From: Dickeya solani IPO 2222
GTDB lineage: Bacteria; Pseudomonadota; Gammaproteobacteria; Enterobacterales; Enterobacteriaceae
DNA: 32,000 nucleotides
Reading direction: 5' to 3'
Assembly: GCF_001644705.1 (NCBI RefSeq)
Contig: NZ_CP015137.1
Location: 4,530,001-4,562,000, forward strand
Below, one piece after another: positions 26,825 through 32,000 of this stretch. How positions within the stretch are numbered: position 1 is the stretch's first letter; every line of letters starts with the position of its first letter. Below the pieces are notes generated by a model that saw only the letters and a program-made list of their open reading frames with translations, had not been told where the DNA came from and made no database searches. The position numbers and the translations under genes are program-made.

Positions 26825-26859
26825 TTAACCGCTGCCGCGCCGAAAAGCTAAGAGGGGAT

Positions 26860-27609
26860 TTACTCGTCGCGATTAACCTTCAGGCCGCCGTAGGTTTGGC
26901 TCACCGGCATCATTTCCAGTGTATTGATGTTGACATGAGCCGGCAACGTCGCCACCCAGAATACCGCTTCCGTCACATCTTCCGCCGTCAGCGGGTTGGA
27001 TTTGTCATAAGTCTGGCTGACCTTAGCCTCGTCCCCTTTGAACCGCACGGCAGAGAACTCGGTTCCCCCTACCAGACCCGGCTCAATATTGGTCACCCGC
27101 ACACAGGTGCCGGACAGGTCGGCGCGTAGCCCCAGGCTGAACTGGCGCACAAACGCCTTGCTGGCACCGTAGACATTCCCGCCCTGATAAGGCCAGTTGC
27201 CTGCAGTGGAGCCAATATTAATGATATGACCGGCATTGCGCTTCACCATTTCCGGCAGCAACGCATGGGTCATGAACACCAGCCCCTTATTGTTGGTGTC
27301 GATCATGGTTTCCCAATCGTTGACGCTGGCTTTGTGAGCCGGCTCCAGCCCTAATGCCAAACCAGCGTTGTTGACCAGCACATCAATATCGCGCCATTCG
27401 GCAGGCAGGGAGGCGATGGCTTGCTCGATAGCCTGTCGATCGCGAACATCGAGACGCAGCGTGAGAAGCGCCGCACCAAACTCGGCTTTCAAAGCATCAA
27501 GACGCTCCTGACGGCGACCCGTGGCGATGACCTGATGACCTTCCTTGATAAACCGACGGGTAATCGCTTCACCAAATCCCGCCGTTGCGCCGGTAACAAA
27601 AATAATCAT
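26860..27609 (-). CDS. ydfG: NADP-dependent 3-hydroxy acid dehydrogenase / malonic semialdehyde reductase (SDR)
   Basis: The track ORF starts at 27639. ATG 27609 is preceded by AGAGGA and gives MIIFVTGATAGFGEAITRRFI.EGH.VIATGRRQERL...NNAGLALG.EPAHKAS..DWETMIDTNNKGLV...YGASKAFVRQFSL.LR.DL.GT.VRVT.IEPGLVGGTEFS.VRFKGD. Collinear with the 248-aa E. coli YdfG. Confidence 0.95.
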   Translation of the reverse strand: MIIFVTGATAGFGEAITRRFIKEGHQVIATGRRQERLDALKAEFGAALLTLRLDVRDRQAIEQAIASLPAEWRDIDVLVNNAGLALGLEPAHKASVNDWETMIDTNNKGLVFMTHALLPEMVKRNAGHIINIGSTAGNWPYQGGNVYGASKAFVRQFSLGLRADLSGTCVRVTNIEPGLVGGTEFSAVRFKGDEAKVSQTYDKSNPLTAEDVTEAVFWVATLPAHVNINTLEMMPVSQTYGGLKVNRDE

Positions 27610-27843
27610 GCATTTTTCCTCTTTTATTCCTGACTGCAATACCCGATGACTCTGTGCCCGCTTTATTGCAAAGAGCCAGCCTCATCATCCGCAGTGACAC
27701 CATCATGACAATGAGCATACCTTAACCCTGTCGCTATCTCTATGTCAGCATTGATCTTTTCGGGAAGCCTCGCAGACGGGATATATCCTTGCAGTCTTTT
27801 GCAAACATAACGTCGGAAAGGATCGCAGCCCGGCTAAAACAGT

Positions 27844-27873
27844 TTGTCACCTGCGGTTTTTTCGCACTATATT
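27844..27873 (+). promoter_or_regulatory. Candidate sigma70 promoter for the methyltransferase gene
   Basis: TTGTCA, an 18-nt spacer, then TATATT, about 70 nt upstream of ATG 27946. A 7-bp inverted repeat TAATTGC..GCAATTA follows in the putative leader. Confidence 0.4.
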
Positions 27874-27945
27874 GCTTTGTCGAGGTAATTGCTTTATCGG
27901 GGCAATTATTGGTCTGGGTATTGATAACACTGGTAAGGAACACTC

Positions 27946-28716
27946 ATGGAAAGCAGCAAAAGTCACCAGCAGTCCGTCGAGCAACAGTTTGGCGAGCAGG
28001 CCAGCGCCTATCTGAACAGTGCCGTTCACGCGCAGGGAGAAGATTTGGCCGAACTGGCTCGCCATCTGAAGGGGAAAAGCCATGTCAGCGTGCTGGACTT
28101 GGGCTGCGGCGCCGGTCATGTCAGCTTTACCGTTGCGAGCCTGGTTGGCAACGTGGTGGCATGCGATTTGTCGCCGCGTATGCTGGATGTCGTCGCCAGC
28201 GCCGCACTGGAAAAAGGCCTGACCAATATCAGGACGCAACAGGCGGTGGCGGAATCCTTGCCGTTTGCTGACGGCAGCTTTGATGTGGTGATCAGCCGTT
28301 ATTCGGCCCATCACTGGCAGGATGTCGGGCTGGCCCTGCGGGAAGTACGAAGGGTGCTGAAACCAGGAGGCGAAGCGATTCTCATGGATGTGATTTCACC
28401 CGGGCATCCGGTGCTGGATGTATATCTGCAAACCGTAGAAATGCTGCGCGACACGTCACACGTACACAATTATACGCCGGGTGAATGGCTGACGCTGCTG
28501 AGCGAGGCCGGGCTGACCGTGCGTTCGTTGCAGACGTCGCGCCTGCATCTGGAGTTCCAGAGCTGGGTGACGCGTATGCGAACGCCTGAACATTTTGTCA
28601 CCGCTATTCGCGCTCTGCAGCAACAGATGTCAGCCGAGGTCACTCGTCATTATGACATTCGACAGGATGGCTCCTTCACCACCGATATTGCTTTTATCGT
28701 CGCCAGCCAGGGTTAA
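27946..28716 (+). CDS. Class I SAM-dependent methyltransferase (Methyltransf_11 / UbiE-SmtA-like)
   Basis: 256 aa with motif I VLDLGCGAGH, post-I acidic ACDLS, and DVVISRYSAHHW / LKPGG motifs. AAGGAA lies upstream of the ATG. The substrate is not inferable. Confidence 0.85.
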   Translation: MESSKSHQQSVEQQFGEQASAYLNSAVHAQGEDLAELARHLKGKSHVSVLDLGCGAGHVSFTVASLVGNVVACDLSPRMLDVVASAALEKGLTNIRTQQAVAESLPFADGSFDVVISRYSAHHWQDVGLALREVRRVLKPGGEAILMDVISPGHPVLDVYLQTVEMLRDTSHVHNYTPGEWLTLLSEAGLTVRSLQTSRLHLEFQSWVTRMRTPEHFVTAIRALQQQMSAEVTRHYDIRQDGSFTTDIAFIVASQG

Positions 28717-28742
28717 GGTATCGCCCCGGCGGGGGCGATACC
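28717..28742. terminator. GC-rich hairpin between convergent genes (possible bidirectional terminator, no U-tract)
   Basis: GGTATCGCCCC-ggcg-GGGGCGATACC is a perfect 11-bp stem lying exactly between the stops at 28716 and 28748. Confidence 0.4.
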
Positions 28743-28747
28743 TTGAG

Positions 28748-29974
28748 TCATGCGTCGTTCATTTCCTGATTATCTGCTTCAACGGCGTCATACAGCCGCT
28801 CCAGAATATCCGGGAATGCCGACTGAACTCGGTTCCAGCTGGGTACAAACGGTTTATCACCCGGACTTTCGCTGTATGCCTGGCCGGACTGGGTAATGAC
28901 ATCGGCAAACAATTCTACTGCCGACTCCTCGGTATGTCGGTCAAAATGCAGGCCGTTCATGCGCGCATCGTGTTCAAACGAATCGATCATATCCAGTGCG
29001 GTGCGGTAGTAAGTGGCGCGCAGCACCCGGAATGAATCGGTAGTGATGTTGACGCCCTGAATCGCCAGTTTGCGGTACAGCGCTTTGGTGATGTCCATCG
29101 CCATACGCTGCAACCCGGAGCTGGGGTCGTTTTCCGATATCGGCTGATGCTTGTGATCATAGTTATCGGCAATATCCACCTGGCAGATACGGCTGGTCGC
29201 CGTTCCCCGATGGATTTCCGACAACATCCCGATCTCCAGCCCCCAGTCGCTAGGGATCCGCAAATTACGCAATACGTGGCTGCGCATAGCGAATTCGCCG
29301 GATAGCGGGTAGCGGAAACTGCGCATATAGTCGAGATAATCCGAATTACCATAAACGTTTTGCAGCGATTTCAGCAGCGGGAACACCAGTAGCCGCCCGA
29401 CACGCCCGTTCAATTTTCCCTCGGCTACCCGGGCGTAGTAGCCTTTACAAAAGTCGTAGTGAAAATGAGGGTTGGCTATCGGGTAGAGCAGGCGGGCCAG
29501 CATGGCGCGATCATAGGTGACAATGTCACAATCATGCAGCGCAATACATGCGGTACGACGCGACGCCAGGGTATAACCGACGCAAAACCAGACATTGCGG
29601 CCCTTTCCCTGTTCCATCGGCGCCAGTTCCTTATTGGCCAGCTCCTGACTGAGCTGGGTCAAACGGGGGCCGTCATTCCACAAAATGCGATGCCGCTGTG
29701 GGAGACGGGAAAAGAATTGCCGGGCAAACAGGAACTGATTGCGATCCGCCCGATCAAGCCCGATGACAATCTCAGACAGATAGGGCACCTGAGCCAACAT
29801 ATCGATAATCTTGCCCAGTGCCGGTCCTTCCAACTCGGAAAACAGGGAAGGGAGGATCAGCCCCATGCTGCTCTGACCAGAAAATACCTGCAGCTCGTAT
29901 TCCAGTTCCTCTACGCTACGTCGGGTAAGGTTATGAAAGTTGGTGATAATACCATCCTGATAAAAATCGCTCAT
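28748..29974 (-). CDS. Putative glucosyl-/mannosyl-3-phosphoglycerate synthase (GT-A-fold glycosyltransferase)
   Basis: The track ORF begins at TTG 29995. ATG 29974 (MSDFYQDGIITNFHNL...) is preceded by GGGAGGTG at 6 nt. 408 aa with the acidic motif IALHDCDI. The family-level call comes from the N-terminal DFxQxGxIT..H.L pattern and from operon linkage to an MPGP-family phosphatase. Specificity is unknown. Confidence 0.6.
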   Translation of the reverse strand: MSDFYQDGIITNFHNLTRRSVEELEYELQVFSGQSSMGLILPSLFSELEGPALGKIIDMLAQVPYLSEIVIGLDRADRNQFLFARQFFSRLPQRHRILWNDGPRLTQLSQELANKELAPMEQGKGRNVWFCVGYTLASRRTACIALHDCDIVTYDRAMLARLLYPIANPHFHYDFCKGYYARVAEGKLNGRVGRLLVFPLLKSLQNVYGNSDYLDYMRSFRYPLSGEFAMRSHVLRNLRIPSDWGLEIGMLSEIHRGTATSRICQVDIADNYDHKHQPISENDPSSGLQRMAMDITKALYRKLAIQGVNITTDSFRVLRATYYRTALDMIDSFEHDARMNGLHFDRHTEESAVELFADVITQSGQAYSESPGDKPFVPSWNRVQSAFPDILERLYDAVEADNQEMNDA

Positions 29975-29991
29975 GTTACGCACCTCCCTTA

Positions 29992-30825
29992 TCAATCAAG
30001 CAGTTCAGCCTCATAATCGCCGAGAAAATAGGTTAATCCTTCACTCCAGCCGGCCGGCCCGGCAGCCTGGGTGCGATAAAATTGTCCACAATAATTAGGT
30101 GACAATGTCACTTTATTGCTAACGTATCCCTTAATGATGACGGCATAGTCGGTTGCCTCCAGCAGCGAAATATCGTTCGGCCCATCACCTAAACCGAGCG
30201 TGACCGGCGGAACGTTACCCGTCGCTTCAATATGCTGCTTCAGCCAGTTCACGGCGGCGCCTTTACTAATACCTTCATGCATCACGTGGAAAAAACGGCC
30301 TCCTTCAGTCACCGACAAGTGTTTTTGAGCCAGACACACCCTAAACATTTCCAGTGATGCCGCATCCCCTTGCCACAGCACGGGTTCTGAGGCGGTACGT
30401 TGGCGAGCCAGTGCAGCTTGCGGCAGCGTCAGTCCGGTGGCAGCCGCCACAGCGGTATCATCCATATCGGCAAAACCGTGAAACAGGAAACCGTACTGCT
30501 CGCGTAACGCCTGTAACTGTCGGCAAATGTCGGGGTAAGCAAGTGACGTGGGCGGTAGCGATGTCTGCAATCGCGTTTGCCAGGATGTCGGCAGCAGAAT
30601 ATCGGCGCCGTTTTCCGCGATGGCTGGCATGTTGTGCAATGCCAGCTCCTGTTGAATCGACATAATTTCTGCCGCGGTTTTGCTGGTCGTGAGGATCACC
30701 GGCACACGGTGGGACAGCAGCCGCTTTAGCCACGGGCGAGCGTCATCCCAGCGGTAGGTGTCGTGGTCCAGCAATGAACCATCAAGATCAGTAAAAATGA
30801 CCCAATTTTTAGCCGCTTCAGGCAT
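29992..30825 (-). CDS. HAD-IIB phosphatase of the mannosyl-/glucosyl-3-phosphoglycerate phosphatase family (YedP-like)
   Basis: 277 aa, ...VIFTDLDGSLLDHDTYRWDDARPWLKRL....VPVILTTSKTAAE......L.....PAIAENGA...GLGDGPNDISLLEATDYAVIIKG...GPAGWSEGL. Collinear with E. coli YedP as I recall it. AGGAG lies 5 nt before the ATG. Confidence 0.82.
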   Translation of the reverse strand: MPEAAKNWVIFTDLDGSLLDHDTYRWDDARPWLKRLLSHRVPVILTTSKTAAEIMSIQQELALHNMPAIAENGADILLPTSWQTRLQTSLPPTSLAYPDICRQLQALREQYGFLFHGFADMDDTAVAAATGLTLPQAALARQRTASEPVLWQGDAASLEMFRVCLAQKHLSVTEGGRFFHVMHEGISKGAAVNWLKQHIEATGNVPPVTLGLGDGPNDISLLEATDYAVIIKGYVSNKVTLSPNYCGQFYRTQAAGPAGWSEGLTYFLGDYEAELLD

Positions 30826-30856
30826 TTCGTCTCCTATAGGCGCTCGACAGGTAGTG

Positions 30857-30865
30857 ATTTATCCA
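30857..30865 (-). promoter_or_regulatory. Extended -10-like element upstream of the phosphatase/synthase operon
   Basis: The minus strand reads TGGATAAAT (TGn plus ATAAAT) about 32 nt upstream of ATG 30825. A poor -35-like TTGTCT lies about 15 nt upstream. Confidence 0.3.
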
Positions 30866-31028
30866 GAGTACGGCACAAGACAAACTGACATGCGGATTGG
30901 GCGGGAAACGCTATTTGCCTGATTATTTTGGTGAAAATGATTTGAGTGCTTTATTAAGCCTATGCACAGATCTCAGTTTTCGCAAATTCATCGCCAAAAT
31001 GAACGTTGAAGCAAAGTGCTGGCAAAAA

Positions 31029-31154
31029 ATGAGGACTGAGCATAAGGTAAAAACTATTGATGATCTCAATCTAAAGTCAGTCGCGTCGCCGGCAGGACAG
31101 CGCATTGCATCCGGAAGAAAAACCATCGAGGTGCGAAAGTGTGTTGCCTGGTAA
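31029..31154 (+). pseudogene. ASCH-domain-like gene fragment ending at an in-frame TAA
   Basis: MRTEHKVKTIDDLNLKSVASPAGQRIASGRKTIEVRKCVAW*. The segment SV..P....IASG.KTIEVR...W resembles the N-terminal ASCH motif (..S I.QPWA..I.SG.KT.E.R.W). The same frame stays open after the TAA (track ORF 31164..31469). The region is AT-rich and there is no RBS. Confidence 0.3.
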
Positions 31155-31358
31155 AGTATACCCATGATAGGAGCGTTTTTTAGTCACCAGTCTTTAATCA
31201 GTGAAACCCCTATCTTTACCTTGTCCAGGGTCGCCTGGTGGGCAAAAGCTGGCAGACTAAATGCCGCGAACAATGGAATAAGGGACAGACGAAAGCGTTG
31301 CATATTAATATTTTTCCTTGGGTTTTATTTCGTGACAACATCTTCTGATGTTTCCCCG

Positions 31359-32000
31359 TTACCGAATGTTCTTGTCCAGGAATTCACGAATGACGGGAAA
31401 AATTTCCTTTCCGTGTGTTTCGAGCGCGAAATGTCCAGTGTCATAAAAGATAATGTCTGCCTCGGGTAGGTCACGTTTCCAGGCCTCAGCGCCCGCAGTG
31501 AGGAAAAACGGATCGTGTCTTCCCCAAACGGCCAATAATGGTGGCTGATACTCACGGAAATATCGCTGGAAGGTAGGATACATCGCCACGTTCGAGGCAT
31601 AATCCAGCACCAGATCGAGTTGAATCTCCGCATTGCCCGGCCGCAATATCTGCAGCCCTTCAAGCGTGTAGCCATCAGGTGAAACCAGACTCTGATCGGT
31701 AACTCCCTCAAGGTATTGCCACTTAATCGAGGCCGGGGTCGGAAAGTCATACAGAGCATTCCGATTTTGCTGTGTGGGTTCGCGCCAGTATTTTTGGATA
31801 GTCGCCCAGCCTTCACCCAGTCCTTCTTCATAGGCGTTGCCGTTCTGGGAAATGATGGCAGTCACCCGCTGCGGATGGGCGACCGCCAGACGCCAGCCCA
31901 CCGGGGCACCGTAGTCGTGAACCATGAGAGCGTAGGTATTGAGATTGAGCTGTTCAGTGAACTGGCTAATGGTCTCCGCCAACTGGCTGAAGGTGTATGC
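31359..32000 (-). CDS. Alpha/beta-fold hydrolase (epoxide hydrolase / haloalkane dehalogenase-like), C-terminal part; the 5' end lies beyond the window
   Basis: The reading frame is open to the window end; the M at 31982 in the track is a TTG inside ...AYTFSQLAETISQF.... It contains VHDYGAPVGWRLA (nucleophile-elbow context), a cap region, and C-terminal D.GHFALETH (catalytic His context). Confidence 0.85.
   Translation of the reverse strand, partial: AYTFSQLAETISQFTEQLNLNTYALMVHDYGAPVGWRLAVAHPQRVTAIISQNGNAYEEGLGEGWATIQKYWREPTQQNRNALYDFPTPASIKWQYLEGVTDQSLVSPDGYTLEGLQILRPGNAEIQLDLVLDYASNVAMYPTFQRYFREYQPPLLAVWGRHDPFFLTAGAEAWKRDLPEADIIFYDTGHFALETHGKEIFPVIREFLDKNIR

Noticed and set aside
26570-27129. 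ORFs 26570-26788 and 26803-27129 (plus strand) in or beside the ydfG-ynfB spacer
   Set aside because: They have no RBS and non-ATG or weak starts. The second is largely antisense to ydfG. The region is better explained by the inverted-repeat structures reported above.
27740-28314. ORFs 27740-27943 (minus), 27789-28271 (plus) and 27847-28314 (minus) around the ydfG/methyltransferase divergent region
   Set aside because: They overlap the promoter region or the well-supported methyltransferase CDS in other frames, and show no motifs or RBS.
1-32000. Searched for mobile elements, CRISPR arrays, tRNA/rRNA genes, toxin-antitoxin pairs and defence or secretion gene clusters
   Set aside because: I found no transposase, integrase or recombinase-like ORFs and no terminal inverted repeats bounding a segment. 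There is no regularly spaced repeat-spacer array, since the largest direct repeats are 14 bp in 2-3 copies. I saw no cloverleaf-like or rRNA-like sequence, and no short adjacent gene pairs with toxin-antitoxin features. The window reads as core chromosome with small accessory inserts.

Overview
This 32-kb window looks like enterobacterial chromosome. Gene content, order and protein sequences resemble a soft-rot Enterobacterales genome such as Dickeya or Pectobacterium, but I cannot verify the taxon without a search. Nearly all of it is conserved housekeeping genes, largely syntenic with the terminus-proximal 35-37 min region of E. coli. In order: rsxC (partial)-rsxB-rsxA, cnu, an L-arabinose cluster (araBA divergent from araFGH-araC, no araD), ydgJ, a yfeH-like transporter, a small secreted NTF2-like protein, add, ydgA, manA, fumC, tus with a TerB-type site in its promoter, ynfM/ynfL, mlc, ynfK (bioD2), a ynfD-like gene, ynfB, ydfG, a SAM methyltransferase, a two-gene glycosyl-3-phosphoglycerate phosphatase/synthase operon (compatible-solute type), an AT-rich degenerate spacer with an ASCH-like gene fragment, and a partial alpha/beta hydrolase. 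I saw no rRNA, tRNA, CRISPR array, IS/transposase, integrase, phage gene or recognisable defence gene. I find no convincing evidence for a wholly new multi-gene system here. The items most worth a second look are: (1) the Ter site and its polarity; (2) the compact CRP / araI-like / CRP module shared by the divergent ara promoters, and araC placed downstream of araH; (3) the phosphoglycerate-glycoside operon; (4) several unexplained repeat or inverted-repeat structures in intergenic spacers (add promoter, mlc-ynfK spacer, ydfG-ynfB spacer, ydgJ leader); (5) the ASCH-like remnant. All homology statements come from my recollection of E. coli and family sequences, not from a database search. Coordinates of small non-ORF motifs were counted by eye and anchored to ORF-track positions, so they may be off by 1-2 nt.
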